DNA from: Candidatus Eiseniibacteriota bacterium
GTDB lineage: Bacteria; Eisenbacteria; RBG-16-71-46
Direction: 5' to 3'
Length of the DNA stretch: 64,000 bases
NCBI GenBank assembly: GCA_963744995.1
Contig: CAVUWA010000002.1
Coordinates: 704,001-768,000, forward strand
Under the pieces are notes generated by a model. The model searched no databases. It had not been told where the DNA came from and worked only from the letters and a program-made list of their open reading frames with translations. This document shows positions 9,589 to 20,612 of the stretch, one piece after another. The translations under genes were made by a program, and so were the position numbers. Every line of letters starts with the position of its first letter. Positions within the stretch are counted from its first letter, which is position 1.

Positions 9589-10707
9589 ATGCAGCGTCTC
9601 TTGCTCGCGATCACCCTCCTCGCGCTGGCCGCCGCGCCCGCCGCCGCCCAGATGGGCGGCCCGCAGCCCGACATCACCATCGATGCCCGTACGCGCAGCG
9701 CCGTCGTCGAATCGCTGGCGGTCGCAGTCACCGACCACTACGTGTTCCCCGACCTCGGGAAGACGGTCGCGAAGGATCTCCGGCGCCGCCTGAAGCGCAA
9801 GGAATACGACCGCATCACCAGTGCGAAGGAATTCGCCGATTCGCTGACGGCCCACATGCAGGCGATCACTCACGACCTGCACCTGCGCGCGCACTACCGC
9901 CACGATCCGTTCCCCGAGCAGACGGCGCCCGATGGCCCGCCGCCGCCCGAAGAGCTCCGCCGCATGCAGGAGTTCTGGCGCGTGCGCAACTACGGCTTCG
10001 AAAAGCTCGAGCGGCTCGCGGGCAACGTCGGGTATCTCGAGATGTACATGTTCTCGGGCGACCCGGACGCGCAGGCGACCGCGGTCGCGGCGATGAACTT
10101 CCTCGGCAACGCCGACGCGTTGATCATCGACCTGCGCCGCAACGGCGGCGGCAGCCCGGCGATGATCCAGACGCTGCTCACGTATCTCGTCGCGCCCGAC
10201 GACCGGCTGCTGTTCAATACCTTCTACACGCGCGGCGAAGACCGCATCGAGCAGTGGCACACGTCGTCGTACGTCCCGGGCGCGCGCTTCGCCGGCAAGC
10301 CGATCTACGTGCTCACCAGCGGCCGCACGGGGTCGGCCGCCGAGGAGTTCGCCTACGACGTGCAGACTCACAAGCTGGGTACGCTGGTCGGCGCAACCAC
10401 GGCCGGCGCCGCGAACCCCGGAGATCTGTTCCGGCTGGACGACCATTTCGCGGCGTTCATTGCCACCGGGCGCGCGATCAACCCGGTGACGAACACCAAC
10501 TGGGAAGGCGTGGGCGTCAAGCCCGACGTGGACGTGGCGCCGGAATCCGCGCTGCGCGAGGCGCACGTGCTGGCGCTGCAGAAGCTGATCGAGAAGGCCG
10601 ATAGTGACGTACGGCGCGAAGCGCTGAACGCCGCCCTGGGGCAGGCGAAGGAACGCAAGGACGAAGCGCCCGAGGACTTCGTGCGGCACTCGCGGCGCAA
10701 GAGCTGA
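9589..10707 (+). CDS. S41 family peptidase (IRBP-like)
   Basis: ATG 9589 with GGAG RBS and signal peptide. NVGYL, IIDLRRNGGG, TGSAAEEF and WEGVGVKPD motifs. Confidence 0.92.
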   Translation: MQRLLLAITLLALAAAPAAAQMGGPQPDITIDARTRSAVVESLAVAVTDHYVFPDLGKTVAKDLRRRLKRKEYDRITSAKEFADSLTAHMQAITHDLHLRAHYRHDPFPEQTAPDGPPPPEELRRMQEFWRVRNYGFEKLERLAGNVGYLEMYMFSGDPDAQATAVAAMNFLGNADALIIDLRRNGGGSPAMIQTLLTYLVAPDDRLLFNTFYTRGEDRIEQWHTSSYVPGARFAGKPIYVLTSGRTGSAAEEFAYDVQTHKLGTLVGATTAGAANPGDLFRLDDHFAAFIATGRAINPVTNTNWEGVGVKPDVDVAPESALREAHVLALQKLIEKADSDVRREALNAALGQAKERKDEAPEDFVRHSRRKS

Positions 10708-10784
10708 TCCCGCCCGAGACGCACCGGTGTTAGACTTCCCGACGCGGCGGGCCGTCCCGGTCCGCCGCGAACCGGAGAGGTCGC

Positions 10785-12293
10785 ATGGCTGCATCCCCCG
10801 AAGCGCGCCGGCCGGTCGTCGTCCTCGGCTTCGATGCGATGGATCCCGGCATCGCGCGGCATCTGGCCGCCGAAGGCCGCATGCCCGCGCTCCACAGCCT
10901 GCTCGAGCGTGGCGCGTGGAGCACGGTGACCAACCCGCCCGGGCTCGTGGTCGGCAGCACCTGGCCCTCGTTCTGGACCGGTCTCTGGCCGTCGCGGCAC
11001 GGCTTCTACTGCTACCAGCAGATCGAGCCGCACAGCTACAAGGTGCGACGCTACAATCCGCATGACATCGTCGGGCGCCCGTTCTGGCTGGCGCTCGACG
11101 AAGCCGGCCGCCGCACCCGCATCATCGACGTGCCGCTGGTGGCGCTCAGCTCGCCCGCGCACGGGATGCACGCGATCGACTGGGGTACGCACGACCGCAT
11201 GCTCGAATTCGCCGCGCATCCCCCGGCATTCGAGCGCGAGATGCGCGACACCGACGGGGCCTACCCGATCGCCGGCCGCTGCGATCACTACGCCGAGCGC
11301 GGCGACTGGGACGGGCTGTTCGCCACGCTGGTCGAGGGCATCGAGAAGAAGACCGCACTCCACCTGCGCCTGCTCGCGCGCGGCGACTTCGACGTGTTCG
11401 CCGGCGTCTACGCCGAGAGCCACTGCGCCGGGCACCAGTTCTGGTGGGCGCACGACCCGCGGCACCCGCATTACGACGCGGCCGCCGCCGACCCGCTGCT
11501 GCGCGTGTACGAGACCCTCGACCGCGCGCTCGCGCGGAACCTGGAAGCCCTGCCGAAGGATGCGACGCTGATCGTGCTGCTCAGCCACGGCATCGGCTCG
11601 CATCACGACGCCGACCACCTGTTGAAGGACATTCTCGTGGCGCTCGACGACACGCTCGGCGCCGCATCGCCGGCCGTGGTGTGGCGCGAGCGCATCGCGC
11701 GGCGCGTGTTGCACTGGCGCGAACGACACCGCAATCCCGAGCTGGCGCGCGCCGGGCGCGCCGCGCGCTGGGTAGATGCGAGCCGTCGCTTCGTGCGCAT
11801 TCCCAACAACGAGCTCTACGGCGGCGTGCGGCTCAACGTCGCCGGCCGCGAACCGCGGGGCCGCATCCGCCCGGAGCAGGTGGACGGCGTGGTGGCCTGG
11901 CTGGAGAAGGAGCTCCTCGCGCTGCGCGAGCCCGACACCGATCGCCCGATCGTGCGCCGCGTGCTGCGCGCGTCGGAACTCTATGCCGGCGAGCGCCTCG
12001 ACGGTCTGCCCGACCTGCTCATCGACTGGGATCGCCGCGCGCCGATCACCGCGGTGGCCTCGGACACGATCGGGGTGATCCGCGGCGAGGCGCACGGCGT
12101 GCGCACCGGCGACCACCGCCCGACCGGGCTCGTGGTCGCGGCGGGAGAGGGCATCGCCGCCGGGCCGATCCGCACCGAGGTGCGGATGGTGGATCTCGCA
12201 CCGACGATCGCGGCGCTCATGGGCGTGTCACTCGGCGATGTGGACGGTGTGCCGGTGACGGGGCTGATGCCCGGGGCGGGCACGCCCGCCTGA
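10785..12293 (+). CDS. Alkaline phosphatase superfamily / type I phosphodiesterase-nucleotide pyrophosphatase
   Basis: VLGFDAMD, WPSFWTG, HCAGHQFW, LSHG, GDHRPTG and DLAPTI motifs. Confidence 0.8.
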   Translation: MAASPEARRPVVVLGFDAMDPGIARHLAAEGRMPALHSLLERGAWSTVTNPPGLVVGSTWPSFWTGLWPSRHGFYCYQQIEPHSYKVRRYNPHDIVGRPFWLALDEAGRRTRIIDVPLVALSSPAHGMHAIDWGTHDRMLEFAAHPPAFEREMRDTDGAYPIAGRCDHYAERGDWDGLFATLVEGIEKKTALHLRLLARGDFDVFAGVYAESHCAGHQFWWAHDPRHPHYDAAAADPLLRVYETLDRALARNLEALPKDATLIVLLSHGIGSHHDADHLLKDILVALDDTLGAASPAVVWRERIARRVLHWRERHRNPELARAGRAARWVDASRRFVRIPNNELYGGVRLNVAGREPRGRIRPEQVDGVVAWLEKELLALREPDTDRPIVRRVLRASELYAGERLDGLPDLLIDWDRRAPITAVASDTIGVIRGEAHGVRTGDHRPTGLVVAAGEGIAAGPIRTEVRMVDLAPTIAALMGVSLGDVDGVPVTGLMPGAGTPA

Positions 12294-12298
12294 GGCCG

Positions 12299-13129
12299 CT
12301 ATGCCGCGCGGCGCAGCCCCGATTCGCGCTTGCGGGCCCAGCCGTCCAGCCACTGCACGAAGCGCGGCGGGCGCGGCACGGCGAAGTCCTTCGCCGTCGC
12401 GACGCGGCCCTCGAGCAGCAGTTCCTTCGGCTGATGGTAGGTGCCCATCACCCAGTCGGGGATCGGCAGGCCGAAGAATCCCGAGATCGCCTCGTTGCAC
12501 GACACGTTGGCGTGGTGCATGTGGTGGAAACCGTAGATCTTGCTCCACAGGCCGCCGAAGCGCGGGTGCTCGGTGGCGCGCTTCCACCATTCGTAGGGCA
12601 GGTGCTCGACCGCGTGCAGAATCTCGTAGAGCGACATCGAGAACGTGACCGCGAGGATCCCGCCCAGGATGAACGGCACCGCGGGGAAGATGAGCTGCAG
12701 TCCGATCAGCAGCGGCGAGAAGAAAGCGAGGAATCCAAGATAGGCCCACCAGGGGAATGCCGAGTCCTCGAACTGCTCCTGTTCGGTGATCGGGTATTCG
12801 TTGAGGATGTAACGGTCGGAGCCCGCGGCGACGGGCTGCAGGCGAATCGAGGTCAGCCCGTGGTGGTTGCGGTGCGCTTTCGCGAACAGGGCGAGCGGCG
12901 AGCTGACGATCGAATGCAGGACGTAGCGGTGGAATGCCCACTCGAAGAAGGCGAGGATCAGGTGCACGCCTGCGAATGCCAGGACGATGCCGGTCCAGCC
13001 GAGCGTGAACTGCGACGCCCACACACGCGGGAGGCCGAAACGCAGCGCGAGCAGAATCACGGCGAGCTGGCCGGCGGTCTGGAGGCTGAACCAGAAGATC
13101 GAGAACTTGTGGTGGACGGTTTTGGCCAT
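12299..13129 (-). CDS. Sterol desaturase / fatty acid hydroxylase family membrane protein
   Basis: His boxes EWAFHRYVLH, HRNHH, YEILHAVEH and HHMHH with TM segments. Start MAKTV at 13129. Confidence 0.8.
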   Translation of the reverse strand: MAKTVHHKFSIFWFSLQTAGQLAVILLALRFGLPRVWASQFTLGWTGIVLAFAGVHLILAFFEWAFHRYVLHSIVSSPLALFAKAHRNHHGLTSIRLQPVAAGSDRYILNEYPITEQEQFEDSAFPWWAYLGFLAFFSPLLIGLQLIFPAVPFILGGILAVTFSMSLYEILHAVEHLPYEWWKRATEHPRFGGLWSKIYGFHHMHHANVSCNEAISGFFGLPIPDWVMGTYHQPKELLLEGRVATAKDFAVPRPPRFVQWLDGWARKRESGLRRAA

Positions 13130-13501
13130 TTCGGGCTTCCCTGCGTGTGGAGGTCGAAGCGGGCGGGCGACCCGCAAGGCGGACCCCCTCGATCGGTCAT
13201 GGCGCGCCAGGGCCGCTGCTACCGGCGCAGGCGAGGCCGCGAAACACGCTCCGGCCGCTGCCCATCTGCAGCGAGGCCGGCGCCGACGATGCCCATCGCG
13301 AATTCCGGGTCATCGAAGCAGCGGAGGATAACCCATGGCCACCCCCTGCGTGCAATCCGACTGACCCAAGCATACGTGACGCTGCAAGGCCCGGCTTCAG
13401 TTTTCGGCATCCCGCGCCGGCTGCTTGATCGTGGATGCGCGCGGCCCCCCGGACACGGTACTTGACCCGGGCCCCCGCGACACGCAGTCTGCCTTTCCGT
13501 C

Positions 13502-14011
13502 ATGCCCTCTCCGACCCCGATTCACGACGAGCCCGCGACGCGACTGTTGCTGCGACACGCGCTGGCGACGCTCGCGTATCGCGCCGGCAAGACCGTGCGC
13601 GGCACGCCCGCCGCCTTCGGCGCCTTTCGCGCGGCCCCCGATTCGCGTTCCTGCGTCGAGATCCTCGCGCACATGGGCGACCTCATGGACTGGGCGCTGA
13701 GCATGGTGCGCGGCGAGGTGAAATGGGCCAACTCCGCGCCGCTGCCGTGGGACGACGAGATCGCGCGCTTCTTCGCATCGCTCGAGGCGCTCGACACCTA
13801 CCTCGCCTCCGATGCGCCGGTGAAGTGGGACGTCGGCCGCCTGTTCCAGGGCGGCATCGCCGATGCGCTCACCCATACCGGCCAGCTGGCGATGCTGCGG
13901 CGGCTCTCCGGCCACACGATGAAGGGCGAGAACTATTCGCGCGCGGCGATCGCCGTCGGCCGTGTGGGACTCGAACAGACGCCGCCCGAAGCGCGGGCGG
14001 AATTCGATTGA
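13502..14011 (+). CDS. DinB/YfiT-like protein
   Basis: EILAHM and DALTHTGQLAMLRR DinB-type His motifs. Confidence 0.65.
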   Translation: MPSPTPIHDEPATRLLLRHALATLAYRAGKTVRGTPAAFGAFRAAPDSRSCVEILAHMGDLMDWALSMVRGEVKWANSAPLPWDDEIARFFASLEALDTYLASDAPVKWDVGRLFQGGIADALTHTGQLAMLRRLSGHTMKGENYSRAAIAVGRVGLEQTPPEARAEFD

Positions 14012-14931
14012 GCGGGCGCGCGCGTCGCATCGCGGTGGCCTGGCTGGCGGTGATCGCCGTCGCCGCCCCGGCGTGCGCCGCGGGCCCGGATCGCGCCGCG
14101 GCCGTGCGCGGAGAAGCCGCCCATGCGGCCGCCGCGCCCGGTGCGGCGCGCGTGTTCGACGCCCTGCTCGACAGCGCGCGCACCGCCGGCTGGGACACGC
14201 TCGCGATCGGCGAGCGCATCGGTCACTTCGCGCTCGCGCTCGAGGGCACACCCTACGCGGACGGCACGCTCGAAGGGCCGGGCCCCGAGGTCTGCCGGAT
14301 CAGCGCGTCGGGTTTCGACTGCGTCACGTTCATGGAGACGTGCCTCGACCTGGCGCGGGTGAGCGGCGGGCGGGACGCGGCGCCACGGTTCGCCGATCTC
14401 GCCGACGCGGTCACCTTCACGCGCTACCGGAACGGCCGCGTGGACGGCTATACGTCACGACTCCACTACACCACCGACTGGATCCGCGAGAACGCCGCGC
14501 GCGGCGTGCTGGAGGACGTGACGGCCGCGCTCGGCGGCGAGCCGTCGTCGCCGGGCGTCGGCTACATGTCGGCGCATCCCGACCGCTACGCGGCGTTGCG
14601 CGAGAATCCCGGGCGCATCCGCAGGATGCGTGCGATCGAGCAGCGGCTCAACGACAGGGTGCGCTACGTGATTCCGAAGGCGCGCGTCGCGGCGATCGAG
14701 TCGAGGCTCCGCACCGGCGACCTGATCGCGATCGCGACCTCGATCGACGGACTCGACTACTCGCACACCGGCCTGATCGTAAGAGACGCGAGCGGCGCGG
14801 CGCGATTCGTGCACGCGTCGTCGGCGCACCATCGCGTGACGTTCGACGGCCCGCTCCACGTGTATCTGGAGAACGGCCCCCGCTCGCAGAGCGGTATCAC
14901 CGTGCTGCGCCCGCGCGAGACCGCCCGCTGA
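14008..14931 (+). CDS. N-acetylmuramoyl-L-alanine amidase-like protein (DUF1460, NlpC/P60 fold)
   Basis: GTPY, FDCVTFME, RLHY, GLDYSHTG and HASS motifs. Signal peptide follows TTG 14008, which overlaps the upstream stop. Confidence 0.85.
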   Translation: MSGRARRIAVAWLAVIAVAAPACAAGPDRAAAVRGEAAHAAAAPGAARVFDALLDSARTAGWDTLAIGERIGHFALALEGTPYADGTLEGPGPEVCRISASGFDCVTFMETCLDLARVSGGRDAAPRFADLADAVTFTRYRNGRVDGYTSRLHYTTDWIRENAARGVLEDVTAALGGEPSSPGVGYMSAHPDRYAALRENPGRIRRMRAIEQRLNDRVRYVIPKARVAAIESRLRTGDLIAIATSIDGLDYSHTGLIVRDASGAARFVHASSAHHRVTFDGPLHVYLENGPRSQSGITVLRPRETAR

Positions 14932-15009
14932 AGCCGGCCGCGGCGCGGCCTCGCGCGCGGTGCCGTCGCGGGCGGGCGCGCGGCGCCGTCGGATGAGCGC
15001 GGCGCGCGG

Positions 15010-15693
15010 CTATTCTTGCGAGTCCGGCGGCGTCGCGTCGGGGGCCACGCCGTCCGCCGGCTCCCTGACGAACATCACGTGCTGCGACAGCGCCAGCATC
15101 AGCGCCTTCGGCTGGAGCAGTTCCTCCGCCACGGCGGTTTTGAACCGGATCCGCAGTCGCGAACCGACGTTCGCCCGGTCGAGTCTCGAACGCTCCACCA
15201 GCTGCCTGGCCTGAGCCTGGCCCAGCGTATCGGGCATCTCGTGGATGATCCGCGCGGCATCCGAACCCAGTTCGCGCGAGTCCACGGCCTGCGCCCGGGT
15301 GATGATCGAGTGCGGATCGCTGTCCGTCCTGCGGTCGGCTCCGATGCCGTAGCGGAAGTTCGGATTGTTCTCGCGCAGCAGCTCGGTGGTCGTCAGACCG
15401 CCCTTGCCGAGCAGGATCTGGATCTCACGCTTGCTCACGCGCACGTCCGTGATCACGGCGATCTCGCCGCCACGCAACGAAGCACCCCACGTATCGATCC
15501 GGTCCAGGCGGCTGTCGTCGTCGCGCGCCATCTCGTGGTCGCCGTCGAAGTCCACGCCGAGATAGTTGACGGGCATGTCGAACGGCACCATCACGTGCCG
15601 GCCGACCAGCGCCTGCTTGAGTGCGGTCGCGGGGTCGGCATGCGCCGATCCGGTGGCCGCGAGGGCGAAAAGTATAAAGAGCCACGATTTCAT
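15010..15693 (-). CDS. Secreted hypothetical protein (paralog of 15709..16431)
   Basis: Signal peptide, GGAGG RBS and clear similarity to its neighbour. Confidence 0.8.
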   Translation of the reverse strand: MKSWLFILFALAATGSAHADPATALKQALVGRHVMVPFDMPVNYLGVDFDGDHEMARDDDSRLDRIDTWGASLRGGEIAVITDVRVSKREIQILLGKGGLTTTELLRENNPNFRYGIGADRRTDSDPHSIITRAQAVDSRELGSDAARIIHEMPDTLGQAQARQLVERSRLDRANVGSRLRIRFKTAVAEELLQPKALMLALSQHVMFVREPADGVAPDATPPDSQE

Positions 15694-15708
15694 GTGGCAC
15701 CTCCCTGG

Positions 15709-16431
15709 TTACTGCGATGAAGCGGCGTCTTCGGAAGGCGCGGCGGGCGTGTCCGGGCCATCGTCCACGAACATGACGTGCTCGGACAGCGCGGCGATCA
15801 GTGGGTCCGGCTCGAGCAGGTTCGCGGGCACTTCCCGCCTGAACAGCACGCGCAGCCGCGAACCCGGCCCCGGCCGGTAGATCCACGCCCGTCGCTGCGT
15901 CCGCCTCGCCTGCGCCAGGCCCGCGGTGTCGGACTCGGCGCGGTTCATGCGGGTGTTGATCGCGCGGTTCGCGCTGCGGCTGCCGAACTCGTCCTGGATC
16001 ATGATGCGCTCGAGCTCCGCCTGGCGCGCCTGCACGTTGGTCGAATGCGGGCCGGCATCCTGAGGCAGCACGGCCGTGCCGCCGACCCGGAAGCTCGGAT
16101 CCTTGAGGCGAATGAGGTCGGTGGTGCTCAGGCCGCCGTGACCGAGCAGGATCTCGATCCGCCGCCTGCTGACCCGCACCTCGGTGATCGTGGCGACGTC
16201 ACCGCCGCGCAGCGCCATGCCCCAGGTGTCGAGCCGGTCGAAGCGGGCCTCGTCGTCACGGGCGAACTGGTGGTCGCCGTCGAAATCCACGCCGTACGAG
16301 CTCACCGGAACATCGAACGGCACCATCACCTGCCGGCCCACCAGGGCCTGCCGCAGCGCGGCGGCGGGGTCGGCGGCGTGCACGGGGCCGGCGGCGAGCA
16401 CGAGCCACAGCGTGCTGTACAGGAACTTCAT
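15709..16431 (-). CDS. Secreted hypothetical protein (paralog of 15010..15693)
   Basis: Start MKFLYS at 16431 with GGAGGAG RBS. Shares ALxQALVGRxVMVPFD, GVDFDGDH and ALSxHVMFV with its neighbour. Confidence 0.8.
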   Translation of the reverse strand: MKFLYSTLWLVLAAGPVHAADPAAALRQALVGRQVMVPFDVPVSSYGVDFDGDHQFARDDEARFDRLDTWGMALRGGDVATITEVRVSRRRIEILLGHGGLSTTDLIRLKDPSFRVGGTAVLPQDAGPHSTNVQARQAELERIMIQDEFGSRSANRAINTRMNRAESDTAGLAQARRTQRRAWIYRPGPGSRLRVLFRREVPANLLEPDPLIAALSEHVMFVDDGPDTPAAPSEDAASSQ

Positions 16432-16540
16432 GTGCCACTCCTCCTTCGCGCGGGCCCGGTGCCCCCAGTCTACTTTACTTGGGCTCCGAGGCCCCGCATC
16501 ATCTGGCCAGGGCAGGACTCGAGCCCGGGAGGAGATCGGA

Positions 16541-17737
16541 GTGGCGACCCACGCCGCAGTAGGGAAGTGTCTGCTGGAAAATGGTTTCGAGGCGGGGCGC
16601 GATGCGGCGCTCGCCGCGCGTGCCGCGTTCGGGGGCGACACGGCGGACCTCGCGATCGTGTTCGCGACGGCTCCTTACGAACCGGGCGCCCTGCTCGGCG
16701 GCGTGCGGGAGGCGCTGCCGGGCGTCCGCATCGTCGGCTGTTCGGGCGAGGGCGTGATCACCCTCGGCGCGTCCGACGAGATCGAGCATGCCTGTGGCGT
16801 GATGCTGCTGGCTTCCGATCGCATGCGCTTCGAGCCGTACCTGGTCGAGGGCTACAGCGACGACTCGGCCGCCGCCGGCAGAACGCTGGCCAGCCACGTG
16901 CGCGCGGGCGGGGTGGACGACCTGATCGCGCTGCTGGTCATGCCCGACGGCCTCGGCGGCGACTGCACGGCGTTTCTCGATGCGCTCGCGGAGACCCTTC
17001 CCGCGCCGGTGACCGTCGCCGGGGGCGCGGCTTCGGACGCCTCGGTCATGGAGCGCACCTGGCAGTACCTCGACGACCGCGCGGTGTCGGGCGGTGTCGC
17101 CGCGCTCGCGCTGCGCGGCCGGGGCCGGCTCGACGTGTCCGTCAGCCACGGCTGCCAGCCGCTCGGGCTCTGGCGCCGCGTCACCCGCGCTGACGGCGGC
17201 TGGATCCAGGAGATCGACGGCCGGCCGGCGTGGACCGTGTTCAAGGAGTACCTGGACGGCGACCCCGAGGATCTGAACGTCGAGGGGATCAGCCATTTGA
17301 GCGTGGGCCTGCCGCTCGGCGAGGGGGATGCGTCCACCTACGCGCCGTACATCATCCGCGTGCCGCTGCGGCTCGATCGCGACTCGGGCGCGCTGTTCTT
17401 CCCGGGCGGCGGACTCCGCGAGGGGGACTCGATCCGGCTCACGCGCCGCGATCACGAGACGATTCGCGCCAGTGCGGCGTCCTGCGCGCGCGCTCTCGTC
17501 GCGCGAAACCCCGACCGCCGCCCTGCCGCGGTGCTGCAGTTCGACTGCACCGGGCGCGGCCGCATGCTGTTCGGCTCGAACGTGGCGCGCGAGATCGTCG
17601 AACCGCTGCAGCGGGAAGTGGGCGGGGACGTGCCGTGGCTGGGATTCCACACCTATGGAGAGGTCGCGCCGATCAACGGGACGCCGCGCTACCACAACTA
17701 CACCGTCGTGCTGTGCGCGCTCTATGACCGGGTCTGA
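16541..17737 (+). CDS. FIST signal-transduction domain protein (NosP-like)
   Basis: VGCSGEG, AGGAASD, SHGCQPLG, EIDGRPA, FDCTGRG, GFHTYGE and HNYT FIST motifs. GTG start 16541. Confidence 0.9.
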   Translation: MATHAAVGKCLLENGFEAGRDAALAARAAFGGDTADLAIVFATAPYEPGALLGGVREALPGVRIVGCSGEGVITLGASDEIEHACGVMLLASDRMRFEPYLVEGYSDDSAAAGRTLASHVRAGGVDDLIALLVMPDGLGGDCTAFLDALAETLPAPVTVAGGAASDASVMERTWQYLDDRAVSGGVAALALRGRGRLDVSVSHGCQPLGLWRRVTRADGGWIQEIDGRPAWTVFKEYLDGDPEDLNVEGISHLSVGLPLGEGDASTYAPYIIRVPLRLDRDSGALFFPGGGLREGDSIRLTRRDHETIRASAASCARALVARNPDRRPAAVLQFDCTGRGRMLFGSNVAREIVEPLQREVGGDVPWLGFHTYGEVAPINGTPRYHNYTVVLCALYDRV

Positions 17738-19634
17738 CGAGCCCGCCCGCCCGCAGGGCGCCGCGGCTGCGTCCGACCAGGAGGCGCTGACCGAGCAGAT
17801 CAAACTGCTGGTCAAGACCGAGCAGCGCCTCTATCGCTCGCAGAACGAGCTCGACCGCCAGCTCAGACGCATCGAGGCCCTCAGCGAGTTCGCCATCGCC
17901 GGGACGGCGATGGATGCTCCGCAGCAGGTGATCCGGCGCGCGCTCGACCTGCTGGCCTCGCAGTTCCGGCTGAACTGCCTTGGCGCGGTGCTGGTGGACC
18001 CGGTGCGCAACGTGCTGGAGGGACTCACCTGCGAACCCGGCCTCGGGCCGGCGAGCCCGTGGCGCGAGGTGGATGAGCGCGTGCGCCAATGGTTCGATGC
18101 GCACGACGGGCCGGCGCTTATTCGGCCCGCGGACTTCGAGCACGTGCCGGCGCCGGTCCGCGCTGCGCTGTGCGCGCCCGCGCCCGGTGTCGACCCGAAC
18201 GCGGTCGGCGTCTGTATCCCGCTGCGCCAGGACCACGACACGTTCCTCGGCGGGATCGTCGCCGGCGGTCCGCCGCCGCTGCGCCCCGGCGCGTATCAGC
18301 GCGTGGTCCCGGGGCCGGAGCACCTGCCGTATCTGCGCCTGATCGCGGCGCACCTCGAGCGCGCGCTGCTCAACGCGCGGCTCACCGGCGATCTCACGCG
18401 GCACGGTGAGCAGCTCGTGCGCGCGAACGAACGGCTGAACGAAAGTCTCACCCGTCTGCAGACCGCGCAGCAGCAGCTGATCCAGGCGCAGAAGCTCGAG
18501 GCGATCGGTCGGCTCGCCGGCGGTGTGGCCCACGACTTCAACAACATGCTCACGGTGATCATGAGCCACGCCGACGTGATCCGTGCGCGGCATCCAGCCG
18601 GGTCGACGGATCACGACGACGCGGCGCAGATCCTCGAGGCCAGCACCCGCGCGGCGCGCATCACCAGTCAGCTGCTGGCGTTCGGACGCAAGCAGCCGCA
18701 GCAGCGGGTGAGCGTGGACCCGAACCGGCTGATCTCGGAAATGGTGCGCATGCTCGGCAGGCTGATCGGTGAGCACGTGGCGCTCGAGCTGGAGCTCGCC
18801 CCCGACATCGGCGCCGTGTGGGGCGATCCGGCGATGCTGCAGCAGGTGGTCCTGAACCTCGTCCTCAACGCGCGCGACGCGATGCCGGAGGGCGGGCGGA
18901 TCATGATCGGCACGCGCGCTCCGGGGGTGGACGACGAGCGCCTGACCGGCCGTTCCCTGCCGGCCGCGGACTTCATGGTGATCTTCGTGCGCGACACCGG
19001 GCACGGCATGGACGAGCGCACCCGCGCGCACGTCTTCGAGCCGTTCTTCACCACCAAGCCGACCGGGCGCGGCACCGGACTCGGGCTGTCCACGGTCTAC
19101 GGCATCGTCACCCAGAGCGGCGGCCACGTGTACACGACCAGCGCGCCCGGCGCGGGAGCCTGCTTCACCGTCGTGCTGCCGCGCTCGGGCACCGGCGGCG
19201 ACGGCGGTGACGAGGAAGCGCCCATCGAGCGCCGCCGCGGCCGCAGCGCGACCGTGCTCGTCGCCGAGGACGAGGCGAGCATTCGCGATCTGGTCCGTGC
19301 GGCGCTCGAGCGCGACGGTTTCCGGGTGCTGCTGGCGCAGGACGGCGCCGAGGCGCTGCGCGTGCTGGAGCGCGCGCCGGCCGAGGTGGACGCGCTGCTC
19401 ACCGACGTCGTCATGCCGCACATGGGCGGCATCGAGCTCGCACGGGAGCTGCGCCGCCGCAATCCGGAGCTGCCGGTGCTGTTCATGAGTGGCTACGCCC
19501 GGGAGGCATTCGACGAGGGCGAGGCCGCAGCGGCGACCGGGTTCGTGCAGAAGCCGTTCACGCCCGGCGCGCTGATCGATCGCCTGCGCGAGCTGCTCGC
19601 CGCTGGGGAAGGGGAGGACGCCGCGGCGGGCTGA
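17724..19634 (+). CDS. Hybrid sensor histidine kinase / response regulator
   Basis: GAF-like region, H-box [37 protein letters not shown], and a receiver domain (TDVVMP, FVQKPF). Confidence 0.93.
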   Translation: MTGSDEPARPQGAAAASDQEALTEQIKLLVKTEQRLYRSQNELDRQLRRIEALSEFAIAGTAMDAPQQVIRRALDLLASQFRLNCLGAVLVDPVRNVLEGLTCEPGLGPASPWREVDERVRQWFDAHDGPALIRPADFEHVPAPVRAALCAPAPGVDPNAVGVCIPLRQDHDTFLGGIVAGGPPPLRPGAYQRVVPGPEHLPYLRLIAAHLERALLNARLTGDLTRHGEQLVRANERLNESLTRLQTAQQQLIQAQKLEAIGRLAGGVAHDFNNMLTVIMSHADVIRARHPAGSTDHDDAAQILEASTRAARITSQLLAFGRKQPQQRVSVDPNRLISEMVRMLGRLIGEHVALELELAPDIGAVWGDPAMLQQVVLNLVLNARDAMPEGGRIMIGTRAPGVDDERLTGRSLPAADFMVIFVRDTGHGMDERTRAHVFEPFFTTKPTGRGTGLGLSTVYGIVTQSGGHVYTTSAPGAGACFTVVLPRSGTGGDGGDEEAPIERRRGRSATVLVAEDEASIRDLVRAALERDGFRVLLAQDGAEALRVLERAPAEVDALLTDVVMPHMGGIELARELRRRNPELPVLFMSGYAREAFDEGEAAAATGFVQKPFTPGALIDRLRELLAAGEGEDAAAG

Positions 19635-19689
19635 AGCCGGACCGCCGGCGGGTGCGGCGCCGGGCCGTCGGGCGCGGTCACCAACACGA

Positions 19690-19717
19690 GAGGCCCCCCG
19701 CATGACCGGGGGGCCTC
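19690..19717. terminator. Hairpin between convergent genes
   Basis: Perfect 11-bp stem GAGGCCCCCCG / CGGGGGGCCTC with a 6-nt loop. Confidence 0.65.
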
Positions 19718-19744
19718 AGGCGTTTCCGGCGCGCCGCGACGCGA

Positions 19745-20380
19745 TCAGTACTTCAGGGCTTCCGCCTCGGTTTTGTGGGCCGCCTCGACGTTGAGCGTGA
19801 TCAGCACGTCGTCACCGAGCACCACGCCGCCCTGATCGAGCTTCTGGTTCCAGACGATGCCGAAGTCTTTGCGATTGATCGTGGTCGTCGCCTCGAAGCC
19901 CGCGCGCCGGCCCATCATCGGGCCCGCGTCGACGATGCCGAGCTTCTTCACGTCGAGCGTGACCGGGCGCGTGACGCCGCGGATCGTGAGGTCGCCGAGC
20001 AGCTGGAAGGAGTCGCGGTCATCGCCCGGCACGACCTTCGTGCTCTTGAAGGTGATGTGCGGGTACTTCTCGACCCAGAAGAAGTCCTGGCTGCGCAGAT
20101 GGTTGTCGCGCCGCTCGTTGCTGGTGCTGACCGAGGCCGCAGGGATCGTCACCTCGACCGAGGACTTCGTGAGGTCCTGCTCGTCGAGGTGCAGCGTGCC
20201 GGACAGCTCGGTGAAGCGTCCGGGCACCTGCGTGAAGATGTGACGCACGCTGAACGCGGCGCTCGTGTGCGCGCCGTCGAACGTGTAGTCGGTGGTGGCG
20301 GCGAAGGCCGCGGAGGACAGCAGCGCCGCAGCCGCGAGCGTGAAGGCAGCCAGTCGTTGGAGTCTCTGCATGGGACTCAT
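19745..20380 (-). CDS. YceI family lipid/polyisoprenoid-binding protein
   Basis: Signal peptide, FSVRH, RDNHLRSQDFF, GDLTIRGVT and INRKDFG. Start may be 20371. Confidence 0.93.
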   Translation of the reverse strand: MSPMQRLQRLAAFTLAAAALLSSAAFAATTDYTFDGAHTSAAFSVRHIFTQVPGRFTELSGTLHLDEQDLTKSSVEVTIPAASVSTSNERRDNHLRSQDFFWVEKYPHITFKSTKVVPGDDRDSFQLLGDLTIRGVTRPVTLDVKKLGIVDAGPMMGRRAGFEATTTINRKDFGIVWNQKLDQGGVVLGDDVLITLNVEAAHKTEAEALKY

Positions 20381-20612
20381 CTCCGGTGTCGTGTGACATG
20401 GGTGCGGTGCGGCGCCGCGCGTGCCCGCGGTGCGACCGGCGGGTCATGAATGCCGCCTGAGATGAGGCATGGGGAAGATCGGTCCGGCACGCGAACGAAG
20501 ATTTGCCCCGACTTTACCTGTGTTCTACACGACCAACCTGCCGGAACCGCGCTTGTGGCGCGCCGGGCCCGCGGATTAGCATGCCCGCCAGCCCGTCATG
20601 GGGAGGAGCCGC

